From Rebecca billardiae RCC1528 (Eukaryota > Protista > Haptophyta), in assembly GCA_965240325.2 (NCBI GenBank), contig OZ251223.1, positions 310,001 through 374,000 of the forward strand: DNA of 64,000 bases, given 5' to 3'. The first letter of the stretch is position 1, and every line of letters begins with the position of its first letter. The notes beneath the pieces are model-generated. The model saw nothing but the letters and a program-made list of their open reading frames with translations, had not been told where the DNA came from and made no database searches. Positions 46,186-57,084 of the stretch are shown one piece after another. The translations under genes were made by a program, and so were the position numbers.

Positions 46186-47914
46186 GTCTAGCCGTCCTCG
46201 TGAACGCCGACGCCAACTGCTGGCCGAAGGTGGGCACGCCGCCTGGCATGTCGATGCCGAGGCGGCTGCGTGTGTTCCTACTTGGCGAGCGGCAGCAGAT
46301 GCGGTGGGCATGCCGCTCGCCGTCGACGAGACGCGGTGCGTGAGTGATCCCGCGCGGACGTCCGCTGACGGAAGGCTGAGCGCCTGCGGACTCGTCGACT
46401 GAACCTCCACCTGACCGCCCGGGAGCAGCACTGCTGGGGACCTAACCTGAAAAACCCAATCGTGTTGGGAGGCAGGGGGTCACATGAGCCCTAAGTGCAG
46501 CGCCGCAAGACCGGGCGGTCGGACGGCGGGTGTTGTGATCCCGCCGCCCGAGCACCAGACCAACGGGCCCTGGGTGGGCGGGTTGCCGAAAGATGTTGGT
46601 CGGTGCACGCGACGCGCCACCCGCGTGCGAGCCGCCGCCGCCGGCGACGCAGGACGAGCTTGGCTGGAGCCATCTCGCACGCCGCGCCTGGCGAAGCAGG
46701 CGGCAGAGGCCGGCGCCGGAAATCGATCTCCTGGGCGGCAGAACAACCCGGACAGACTGTTTGTCCGGGAGCAGCGCCCTTTGAGGCGATGGTCTGGTAG
46801 AGGGCGATGTGGCTGATGAGCGGCGCTGGCGCCCGGCGTTCTTGTCGTCCTCTTAGACAATCAGTTATTGTACCAATAACCCCACGTCTAGCCGTCCTCG
46901 TGAACGCCGACGCCAACTGCTGGCCGAAGGTGGGCACGCCGCCTGGCATGTCGATGCCGAGGCGGCTGCGTGTGTTCCTACTCAGTGGGATTTACGTGTC
47001 CTCATGCCTTGGCGAGCGGCAGCAGATGCGGTGGGCATGCCGCTCGCCGTCGACGAGACGCGGTGCGTGAGTGATCCCGTTTCATGGTGTGTTGGGGAGC
47101 ACCGCGTGGAGGAGAATCCCATTGAGTGATGGGAAGGAAAGGGGGCAAGGCACGTGTGAGTCGCGCACGCACGAGGGCCGGCCAGCGGGGGCTGGGCAGG
47201 TGGGGCAGTGCGAGTGAGACGGAACCCGAATAGGAGAGATAGCAGGCAGCCGGCCCCGAGGCGCGGCGCTGCGGAAGCAGGAGAAGGCTAGACGGCCTTT
47301 GCGGATGCTGTGAATGGCCCGCGGGTGCGCACGGGGCCCGGCGCGCGGTGTGCCGCCAGCGGTCCTTGTGTAGGAGCCGGCTGGCGTTGGCACCGGGGCG
47401 ATCCCGAGGCAGGGCGGGAGAGATGGAGCAGCGATCCGCGTGGGGGCGCACCCACGGAGGAGGAGGCATGTGGCGAAGAGGGAACGGTGCGATCGGGGCG
47501 GGTGCGGAAGAGCCACAGGGTGCGCACGCACACAGAGAGAGAAGAGGCGGTGGCCCGAAGCGCGAGGGGGCGCGATGCGGAGCGTTGCTTACCGCCGAGT
47601 TGCCGAAAGATGTTGGTCGGTGCACGCGACGCGCCACCCGCGTGCGAGCCGCCGCCGCCGGCGACGCAGGACGAGCTTGGCTGGAGCCATCTCGCACGCC
47701 GCGCCTGGCGAAGCAGGCGGCAGAGGCCGGCGCCGGAAACCGATCTCCTGCGGGCGGCAGAAAGAACAACCCGGACAGACTGTTTGTCCGGGAGCAGCGC
47801 CCTTTGAGTTTGAGGCGATGGTCTGGTAGAGGGCGATGTGGCTGATGAGCGGCGCTGGCGCCCGGCGTTCTTGTCGTCCTCTTAGACAATCAGTTATTGT
47901 ACCAATAACCCCAC
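46186..47914. mobile_element. Head-to-tail dimer of a hairpin-ended element in (TA)n (units 46186-46885 and 46886-47914), Helitron/Helentron-like
   Basis: Both units start GTCTAGCCGTCCTCGTGAACG and end CTTAGACAATCAGTTATTGTACCAATAACCCCAC; their interiors differ. Confidence 0.65.
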
Positions 47915-48082
47915 ATACATATATATATATATATATATATTGTGTCGATCTGACTGAGTTGTGTCACAGTCTTACAATGTCTGTCTGTGAATCCCCTGCC
48001 GCGGCCGGAAAGGCGGGCCACTGAACCGCCCGCCAAACGCGGGCGGCCGGCCCGGCGATATACGACTGCTTTAACCGCCTGA

Positions 48083-48711
48083 TGATTTAACGACACAGCC
48101 CACAGGTAGGACGGTGCAGGTCTCCTGATTCGTCGTCGGCAGTGCCCGATCGTCGACACGAAGTCGGCCGGCCCGGCGTCGCGTTGGTGATCATGGCAGA
48201 GCCGATAGCCTGAACCGCGATCGAATGGCTTGAGCGCGCGGCCTTGAGCTGCTGGAGCGCGATCCACCTGCGCTGCGCGGCTCGCATGGACCTGCTGTGC
48301 CCCCGAGGGTGCAGGTCCGGATGTCAGACTCTCAGCCGCCGGGCCCTGGCGGCGGGTGGTCCAGGCTCCAGCGGTGATGTAGTCGTCCCCGTGTGCCCTG
48401 CGCGGCCACGTGCGCGCTTGCCGCTAGCTAGCTCTGCTCAGCTGTGGCTTGCTGGCGGGGGCTGGCGCTGCTGCGGCGTGCCGGGTACGCTTGGCGCTTT
48501 GCCCACGACTGCTGCGCATCCTCGTACTCATTCTATGATTTAACGACACAGGTAGGACGACGCGGGTCTCCTGATTCGTCGGCGGCAGTGCCCGATCGTC
48601 GACACGAAGTCGGCGTTGGTGGCAGAGCATAGCCTGCACCGCGATCGGATTGCTTGAGCGCGGCCTTGAGCTGCTGGAGCGCGATCCACCTGCGCTGCGC
48701 GGCTCGCATGG
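48083..48711. repeat. Diverged direct duplication (about 48083-48290 and 48536-48711)
   Basis: TGATTTAACGACACAG...CTGCGCGGCTCGCATGG occurs twice. Confidence 0.85.
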
Positions 48712-49424
48712 CCCTGTAGTGTACCATTGACCCCTCTTTAGGCTACGAATTATTCTTGAGAATTTGTAAGCAGAATCCTCGTCATTAATTATGATTTATG
48801 GTTCAAGATAGAATAATGAATCCCGAGGTTGGGCAGTCAGGATCTCCGCCGCACTGGTGGGTAGGATCAAGGGGGTTCAATCGTTCAGTAGGATAACATC
48901 CTGCCCGCCCGCCGAGGCGGGCAGGATCTCTCCCGGTCTTTCGCCGCTGACAAAACTTTCGGAAACCAAAGTCGCGCGGGCGGACCCGGTCTTCCCGCCC
49001 GGAGCCGCGAGGGACGCGCGGGGCGCTGGCCGTGGCGCTCCGAAGGGCAGTCGCTTGCGACCTCGCTATGCGGCGTCTGCGCAAGGTTGCTCGGGCCGTC
49101 CTGCCATCCCGCATCGCCTTCGCGCGTGGTGTCGTAGTAGTACGTAACAAGGTCACGCCCAACGGTGGCGTCGTGGTGTCGTCTCACAGCGTCTCACGTC
49201 CCGCGGTGCCTCTCGAGCGACTCACTGCGCTGGTTCCGAGGGCTGGTTGCTTGCTGGTTGTCGTGAAGCCAGATACATGACGAGCACGACGGCAACAATG
49301 GAAACGACGCTGACGCACGCGTGCTAAGCACGCGACGCAGCTGGGCCGCGCCTCATGCGGGTGCATCGTGGGCGCCCTCGCACAGCGGGGCCGCGATGGG
49401 GCCCCACGACGGTTCGGTTTTTCC

Positions 49425-50997
49425 GGATTGAAAGAAATATTAATAAGGGCTAAGGCGAGATCGATGAAGTCGGCGTTGGGTGGAGAGAAGCGGGCAATTA
49501 TCCATTCGATCGAACCGGTTTGGAGTTTACAGTTTACTAAGAATAAGAGACGCACACAGCTCAGGCAGGCGAGATTGACGCCCGCCAACTGTCACCGCCC
49601 ATGAAGCCGTCGCCGATGGTAGCGCCGCCGGAAAAATTCGTTCAGCCGTCCGCCTGCGAGGCCTGGACGAGGGCTGCGGCCGCCTCGCGGCGCGCCAGCG
49701 CCCGTCGTCCTCGCCCCACCGTCGTCCACAAAACGTCGTCGTCCGAACTCGCCGACTGGGCGCCGATGCGACAGCGCGCCGACAGGATGAGGATGTAGTA
49801 GGGAATGTAGAGCCCCACTGCCCCGGCCCACGCAGCTGATGCGCCAGCAAACCCTGCTCCGGGCAACAGAACCCTGCCGCCGGCTTTGAGGCCGACACGC
49901 CACACTGGGGCACATATCACCTGAGGGCCAGGCCTTCTGTGTGATAAGCTACCCCAGTCATGCCGCTTGATACACGCCTTCCCCAACCGACAGTGGGGCT
50001 CTACATTCCCTACTACATCCTCATCCTGTCGGCGCGCTGTCGCATCGGCGCCCAGTCGGCGAGTTCGGACGACGACGTTTTGTGGACGACGGTGGGGCGA
50101 GGACGACGGGCGCTGGCGCGCCGCGAGGCGGCCGCAGCCCTCGTCCAGGCCTCGCAGGCGGACGGCTGAACGAATTTTTCCGGCGGCGCTACCATCGGCG
50201 ACGGCTTCATGGGCGGTGACAGTTGGCGGGCGTCAATCTCGCCTGCCTGAGCTGTGTGCGTCTCTTATTCTTAGTAAACTGTATGGAGCGCTCGTTGGAA
50301 CTTGGCGGGGCTTGGAACTTGACACCGCATTTCCCAGCGAAGTGCCCCATCTCGGCGGGGCTGGCACGGTCGGCACACGCTCCTGAGCGCTCGCTTCGCG
50401 GTGCGGCAGGCCTTGGGCAGCCCAGACAGACATGCCGCGACCGAATTACCGGGCCATGCGCGCACCACACCCGCGCCACATGGCCTGCGCGCTGGACGAC
50501 TGAGAGGCAACGCCGAACCACTGCATTCCACTGCCCCGCATGCACCCCAAGTCACCTTCAGAGGGCGTCGACGAGCGCAGAGCGGGTGCGTGGGAGTTCG
50601 ACCAGCTCGTGTACCTTCTTGCTAGCACCAGCGGCGAGGTCGCAAGCCGAACCTTGACCAGCCGTGGAACTTGAGCTGGTCGGCAGCAAAACCACCGTTT
50701 AACCCGGATCAAGTTAGCAGCGTGCGAGGAGGAGGCGCGGTGCGCGTCCGCGGCTGGCGAGAGGCGTCCGGACCGTGCCGTTCTCGGCCGCGCCCGCGCG
50801 CTTCCCGCCGCCGCGGGCCCCGTGTACGCCCGTCGTCGCCCTCGCCGCGCGGGCGCCAAACCGGCGTCAAGTTCCAACGAACGCTCCATAAACTCCAAAC
50901 CGGTTCGATCGAATGGATAATTGCGCACCCGCTTCTCTCCACCCAACGCCGACTTCATCGATCTCGCCTTAGCCCTTATTAATATTTCTTTCAATCC
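49425..50997. mobile_element. Element with about 125-bp inverted termini (GGATTGAAAGAAATATTAATAAGGG...); left arm interrupted by a MITE
   Basis: 49425-49529 plus 50284-50302 is the reverse complement of about 50869-50997; no TSD seen. Confidence 0.6.
49530..50281. mobile_element. Foldback Tc1/mariner-type MITE, 752 bp, with 291-bp TIRs
   Basis: Arms 49530-49820 and 49991-50281; TA|CAGTTTAC...GTAAACTG|TA. Confidence 0.9.
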
Positions 50998-53900
50998 ATG
51001 GCGCGCCCGGTCATCACCCACGTCGTGCTGGCTCTGCTAGCGGCCGATGCGACGGCGACAGATCGCGGGTCCGAGCGGCTCGGCGCTCTGCGCGCGCGGG
51101 TGGAGGGCATATGGAACTCCACTGTGGGCACCGTCGCGATCAAGGCTGCGAGCCCGGGCGCATGGCCGGCAACGGCGCCGATCCCGCGACCAGCGTCCAT
51201 GCCCGCATCTGCGAGCAGCACATGCGCGAGCCCCCGGCTTTGGGTGATGATGTCCGGCCACTACCGCTCGTTCTGGCTGACGCAGCACATGCTTGCCTAC
51301 ATCACCGACCGCGCGACCGACGGGTGCTTCTTTGTGGGCGGCTTCTTCAACGACGAGCTCGACAAGCACGCAAGGCTGTCGGGCGAGTGGCAGGCGCGGA
51401 TGCGCGGCGCGGGGTACAGCGGGCCCTCCATGGCGGTCGACGCGCTGCTCGCGGACAACCCGTTCGGCGGGCGGCTGGCGTACGCGGTCGCCGCTCGCAC
51501 CGGTGCACTGGCCGCCTACCCCGACTGCATCACGCTCGGCTGGCACGGCGCGTGGGCGGTGCTTGAGTGGGCGGCCGCGACGCTGCACGGCCTGGCTCCG
51601 GACCCGAGGGCCCTCGTCTGGCGCACCCGGCCCGACTTTGTGCACGAGGTGCCGTTCAGCCTCGGCCGGCTCGAGGCGTACGTCGCCGCTGGCCACCTGC
51701 GGCACGTCGTGCTCGGCGGCGCGGGCACCATGAGGCAGGGAGATTTGTATCTTGTGAGTACGTGGGCGGTGTTCAGGGATGACATCGCACAGCCGATCGA
51801 GCTGGCGGCGGCCGCGCTGCCCAGGCCGCCGCGCGACGCGTCGGCGCTCCCGCGCGCTGAACGCGCACGTCTGCTCTTCTGGTGGAACCTCGGCCTCGTG
51901 AACGGCTGGGGCCGAGGGCGTTCAGTGCGCGCGCGCGGGCCGTGGCCTGGCTTTGAGCAGCTGCTGCGGCGCGGCGGGTGCGCGTGCCCTGACGGCGGCG
52001 CGCATTGTGCCCGGCCGTCGTGCCTCGTGCGCGTGCTCGAGGCGGACAACGTGCCAACCCAGCTCATGATCCTCCGCGCGCGCTGGGCGGTCCATTCGGA
52101 TCCGCGCACGTGGCGCAACGTGAGCCGCGTGTGGGCGCGATCGGCTATCGAGCTGGGCAGCGCTGTGCGCGTGTACTGCCCCGCAACCGATCCGCGCGAG
52201 GCTACGCGCAGCAAGGGGTTGCGGCAGCGGTGGTTCAGCTACGCGTACCAGGCCGAGCCCTTCTACGCGCGCGACGCCAATTTCGGCACGTGCTGCGGCG
52301 CCGGCTTCTACCGCCGGCGCACGACGACTGCGCTCTCGCCCGAGCTGGTCGGCGAGGCGGGCGAGCGCGCATCGCTGCACGTGTGTGGCGCGGACAACGA
52401 GCTGAGCGCGAACGGGGAGGGCGGGTTTGGAGTCGCGCCGATGGACTGGGCTGCACTGGACGTGTGGGAGCCCACCGCGTTCAAGGGCGGCGAGCGATGC
52501 CCGAGCCTGGCGTGCGCGATCGGTGCGGCCGGCGGGCACGCACCGCGCGCCTCTGCAGCCGCCGTCACGCGCAACGTGACCTCTCGGCCGCAGCGGCTTG
52601 CTCAGCGTGCGCGCGGGACGGGCGCTCATCTGGCCGGCGCGTTGGGCGCGCCGCGCGCCAGCACAGCGCGCGCCAACGCCGCGCAGGGTGCTCGCCCGCC
52701 GCCTAGCCCGCCGATCACCGACGCCGAGCGCTGGGCGCCCGACTTCGCATCGCCACCAGGGCTAGACAATGGGCCGGCCGTCGCGCGGCTGCGCCGCTGC
52801 TGGCTCGTCCTCGGCGTGATGAGCGTCGTCGAGCGCAAGGCGGGCTCAATCAGCAGGCATCCGCCTGCGCAGGGCTTCACGGCGGCGTTCAGGCGCGCGC
52901 AGATCCGGCGCACCTACGCCACGCTCGCCCCCGATGGCGTGTGCGTCGTCTTCGTCCTCGGTCACGGCCGCGACCCCGCCGCGCCGCCTTCGTCCTCGGT
53001 CACGGCGCGGCAGGGTCGCGGCGTGACCGAGGACGAAGACGAATACCTCGCGGCCGTGCTCCGCGAGGCGCGCACGCACGAAGACATGGTGTGGCTCGAC
53101 GCGCCCGACTGGATTGTGTCACGCAAGGCGCTCACGTGGTTCGCAACGGCGGAGCGCCGGCTGCCCGACGCGCAGTTCATTGGCAAGGCGGACGACGACT
53201 CGTACGTGCAGCTCCAGCAGCTCGTCTCGGACCTGCGCGCGCTCGACACGAGCCGGACGGCGGGCCGCGCGCTCGTCGCACACGTGATTTTCATCGCCAG
53301 CTGGCAGGTGTGGCCGAACGCGACGTCCGCCGCGGAGGGCCGGCTGTGCGGCTTCGCGGGCGAGATGGACCAGAGCGGCCCGCTCCGCGTGCGCTTGATG
53401 GCCAGCAAGGTCTTCCGCAAGTGGTGCTACTCTCCCCCCAGGGAGTGGCTGCCCGCTCAGAACGTTCTCGGAAGTTTCCCCGCGCCGCTCGGCCCGCTGT
53501 ACCTGCTGAGCATGCCGCTGCTGCGCAGCGTGTTCGCGCAGCGCAACGTGCACGCCTTCGTGCGCACGCAGCGCTTCGAGGAAAATTCAATCGAGGACCT
53601 CGTCGTCGGCGGACACCTCATGCACAGGGGCGCGGCGCTCGCGCGGGCCAACTACACTGTGGGCGAGCTCACGTACACCAAGCTGGTGAATTACGACCAC
53701 CGGACAATGAAGCGCGGCGACCCTGTGAGAAAGGCCGGTTCGGGCACCTACGTCTACCCGACCAACTCGTCGTACGTCGTGCATAACATCAAGGCGCGCT
53801 CAACCGCCCTGTGGGACGCGGTCCACGCGCAGCTCAGCGCGACCGCGCAGCCGTGCTTTCCCCTCTTCGAGTTCATTTGGGACGCGCAGCGCAACGTGCT

Positions 53901-54039
53901 GGCGTACGCGAGCGCCGCGCAGCTCGCGCTGTGGGCGAGCTACTTCCGCCAGTGCGGGCCTTTCGGCTGCCACGTGCCGCACCGCGCGCACCGGCACGTG
54001 ACCAGGGCGGACGGCGAGCCGCTGCGCCTGCAATGCTAG
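50998..54039 (+). CDS. Secretory two-domain glycosyltransferase; C-terminal GT31 beta-1,3-galactosyltransferase-like domain
   Basis: Signal peptide; GT31 motifs RRAQIRRTY, VVFVLG, EARTHEDMVWLD, FIGKADDDSYV, GPLYLLS and EDLVVG; N-terminal domain with MSGHYRSF...RTRPD. Confidence 0.8.
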   Translation: MARPVITHVVLALLAADATATDRGSERLGALRARVEGIWNSTVGTVAIKAASPGAWPATAPIPRPASMPASASSTCASPRLWVMMSGHYRSFWLTQHMLAYITDRATDGCFFVGGFFNDELDKHARLSGEWQARMRGAGYSGPSMAVDALLADNPFGGRLAYAVAARTGALAAYPDCITLGWHGAWAVLEWAAATLHGLAPDPRALVWRTRPDFVHEVPFSLGRLEAYVAAGHLRHVVLGGAGTMRQGDLYLVSTWAVFRDDIAQPIELAAAALPRPPRDASALPRAERARLLFWWNLGLVNGWGRGRSVRARGPWPGFEQLLRRGGCACPDGGAHCARPSCLVRVLEADNVPTQLMILRARWAVHSDPRTWRNVSRVWARSAIELGSAVRVYCPATDPREATRSKGLRQRWFSYAYQAEPFYARDANFGTCCGAGFYRRRTTTALSPELVGEAGERASLHVCGADNELSANGEGGFGVAPMDWAALDVWEPTAFKGGERCPSLACAIGAAGGHAPRASAAAVTRNVTSRPQRLAQRARGTGAHLAGALGAPRASTARANAAQGARPPPSPPITDAERWAPDFASPPGLDNGPAVARLRRCWLVLGVMSVVERKAGSISRHPPAQGFTAAFRRAQIRRTYATLAPDGVCVVFVLGHGRDPAAPPSSSVTARQGRGVTEDEDEYLAAVLREARTHEDMVWLDAPDWIVSRKALTWFATAERRLPDAQFIGKADDDSYVQLQQLVSDLRALDTSRTAGRALVAHVIFIASWQVWPNATSAAEGRLCGFAGEMDQSGPLRVRLMASKVFRKWCYSPPREWLPAQNVLGSFPAPLGPLYLLSMPLLRSVFAQRNVHAFVRTQRFEENSIEDLVVGGHLMHRGAALARANYTVGELTYTKLVNYDHRTMKRGDPVRKAGSGTYVYPTNSSYVVHNIKARSTALWDAVHAQLSATAQPCFPLFEFIWDAQRNVLAYASAAQLALWASYFRQCGPFGCHVPHRAHRHVTRADGEPLRLQC

Positions 54040-54073
54040 GCAGCTAGCCGCATCGGCATGATCATATACGTAT

Positions 54074-54720
54074 CTCGCCGCGCGGCCAGTCGTCAGGAGT
54101 AGGCCGCGTGAGACTGCCGACGCTCACTACGCTGCGCGGCGCGCACCGCCCCAGCCCCAGGCAGCGCCGGCGCCCGCGCCGCCTGATGCAGTGATGCGGC
54201 CAACGGCGACGTCACTGGCTGATGAAGAGCGGCGCGGGCGCGGTCTGGGGGCGAGGCTGAGCGGCCTGAGGCGAACGACTGACATCAAGGGAGGAATCAA
54301 ACTATCAAGACGAAAATATAGCCTCATCAAAAGGGGGCAGGGGCGCCGGGTGATGTTTCGGTATATATGGCAAACTTGTAACTGCGTCAAACTTCACACT
54401 CTCGCCGCGCGGCCAGTCGTCAGGAGTAGGCCGCGTGAGACTGCCGACGCTGCGCGGCGCGCACCGCCCCAGCCCCAGGCAGCGCCGGCGCCCGCGCCGC
54501 CTGATGCCGTGATGCGGCCAACGGCGACGTCACTGGCTGATGAAGAGCGGCGCGGGCGCGGTCTGAGGGCGAGGCTGAGCGGCCTGAGGCGAACAACTGA
54601 CATCAAGGGAGGAATCAAACTATCAAGACGAAAATATAGCCTCATCAAAAGGGGGCAGGGGCGCCGGGTGATGTTTCGGTATATATGGCAAACTTGTAAC
54701 TGCGTCAAACTTCACACTCT
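54074..54720. repeat. About 320-bp tandem duplication
   Basis: CTCGCCGCGCGGCCAGTCGTCAGG at 54074 and 54401; both units end AAACTTCACACT. Confidence 0.95.
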
Positions 54721-54780
54721 AAGCAGCTATAATATTGCTGCCCGTTCGTGAGCTCTCACGTCCGCCGGCCACGCTTTACT

Positions 54781-56760
54781 TATGGCCCGCGGTGTAGGGC
54801 GGAGCGCGTAGCGTGGAGCCCCGCCGGGGGCCCTCACTACGTTGTCAAAAAGATCTTTCGATCAAAGAAAAAGGGACGGGGGACGATTTTGAGGGCTGTA
54901 CGTTGGAGGGAGTGAGTTTTCGCTTTTTCGAGGGGTACATTGGCCCATTGCTCTGCATTAGCAAGACGCGATTGACGAAATAGCCGCGCCCGCTCCAATT
55001 CCGTATCTACGGACGGACGTGAGCCTGGGCGCGCCTTTGTCAGTATATCTGGGTAGTGAACGAATATCTAGCTGCGATTTGCGTTGTAAATATTCATACG
55101 GAACAAAACTTGGTCGCCAGCCCGGGACCAACCGGACCCAGGGCCGGACGTGTTTTTTGCATGTGCACGGGGGTCCTACAGTAGCAGGGTATTCTACCAA
55201 GGGGGCTCCCGTTCAATCTTCCGACGATACGGTTGAACGTGCATGGACTGCATGGTCGTAAATGGACAAGTGGTTCCCGCGGAAGCCACTAGCTCAAGGG
55301 CGTTCCCGGGATCCTGCCACACGCTCCCGAAAAGCAAAGCCCCCCCTGGGGGGGCTTTGCCTTTTTCCGTATTCAATGTACCCGCTTCAAATGGACGAAG
55401 CCCGTTCCAATAGGAAGACGGTTCAATTTGGCGTATGACCGATGCGGGGAACGCCCCTGGAGGGCGCACTGCAGACAATTAGACAAAAGATGATCACTGC
55501 GTACCCCCATAGTAGGGTATTCGTGACGAATATACAGCACGCAGACGAAATTGCACTATGGGGCAAGGCCCTTGACGACTCGCGCCGGAGACGCGCCGGC
55601 GCGACCGCGACGCGTGGAACTGGAGCCCTTGACTCGGACCGGGGCCACCGTGCGTGCGCGTGCCGCCGCAGTACGCCGCGGTGCGCGAGTTGGTGGCGGG
55701 GGCCGGCCGGCCGCTGCCTCTCGCCCTCGCACTCTGCTCTCCCCGAGCGCGCCTGTCGCCTCGCAGGCCCCGCGTCTACTCCGTCTCGCCCGGCCCTCGC
55801 ACTCCGCTCTCACCGAGCGCGCCCACCGGTCTGTCGTCTCGCCGGGCCGCGTGGCCGAGTCACGCCGAGTCGGCGCGCGCCCAACAACCTACCCGCGGGC
55901 GCGTTCGTCGCTCGAGGAGGAGCGAAGGGCGAGCCGAGTCCGGAGCACTACGCGAGCTCGTCGCTTGAGGAATGAGGACGGGAGCGCGCCGCGACGGCAC
56001 TACGCCGCAGCGGAGATGAGCCGGATGCGCCCGGAGCTAGTAGTGCGGCTGAAGGGCGAGCTCGAGCTCGCGAGCTCGCTCCTCGACGCCGAGCGCGAGC
56101 TCCTCCTCAACTCGGTCGTCGACCGCGCCGGAGGTGCAGCAGCAGCAACTCGGCGAGCACGCACGGCCACGGGCTGCCGATTGTCACGGCCTGCCGCGCT
56201 GGCCGCGGTGGCCGCCGCCGCTGCGTGGCTTCGAGGCCGACGTGGCGGACGAGGAGGCGGCGGGCGAGCACGGCGCGGCGCGGTGGAGCAGGCGCGCACG
56301 CGCGGCGGCAGGCGCGACGCGCCGCTCGCCTCGTTCCACTCCGAGCTCCGCTCGGTCTCGCCTCTGGCGATCGGTGCGCGGCTGCTGCAGCAGCAGGCCG
56401 CAGGGCAGCAGTGCCCGCTGGCCGAGTGGCGCGCGCTCTAGCTCTGCCGGCACGAGGCGCGCCGGCTGAGCGACCAGCGACCCGTCGTCGAGCGCATGGC
56501 GCAGCGCGAGCACCTCAAGCAGGTGCGCCCGCACGCCCGCACGCGCCGGCCCGCGCCGCGCGGCGCCTCTCGCCCCCCGCGGGCGCGCGCCGCCCCTGCG
56601 GCCGCGCTTCCCGCCGCGCGGCCCGCGGCGACAGTCCTCCGAGTCCTCGGCCCGCCATGTCAGTCAGACTGATCGACAGCAGCCGACGGAGGTTGCACCG
56701 CGGGCCCCTAACTACGTTGGTTCTACGGAAGGACCGCGGAACGCGGTCATATATATATGG
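54781..56760 (+). mobile_element. TATGG-bounded Crypton-like element, copy C (complete)
   Basis: TATGG at 54781-85 and at 56756-60; family left end and right-end hairpin both present. Confidence 0.8.
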
Positions 56761-57012
56761 GGAATCAATTTAGTGGACGTACCCTTTTTCGACGCTAATC
56801 AGTGTCAAAGCGGGGACGATCTCAAAAATTGAGTAAACTCGGCCGCCGGCGGCCCGGCGGTCTGCGCGCGCCATCAGCCCTATGAATAAAATCGCCCCCC
56901 GTCCCTTTTTTCTTGATCAAAGTAGCTTATAGATCTTTATTTCGAAACGTGGTTAGGGCCCGCAGTGCGGGCTCCACGCTGCGCGCTCCGCCCTACTGCA
57001 CCGCTGGCCATA
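56761..57012 (-). mobile_element. TATGG-bounded element, copy D (inverted, split by copy C; continues at about 54750-54780)
   Basis: The reverse complement begins TATGGCCAGCGGTGCAG and aligns to copy A up to GATTCC. Confidence 0.8.
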
Positions 57013-57084
57013 AGTGCGGCGGCGCGTGCGCACAACACACAGTCTGCTTGCTGAGTTGCCCGACGCGGTTGGGCACGAGTCACG

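Noticed and set aside
55334-55366. Bacterial rho-independent terminator as an annotated feature
   Set aside because: There is no upstream bacterial-type gene. It is kept only as a structural observation.
54783-57010. A single TIR transposon defined by the inverted TGGCC ends
   Set aside because: The two inverted ends are left ends of two nested copies. Copy C has its own right end at 56760.
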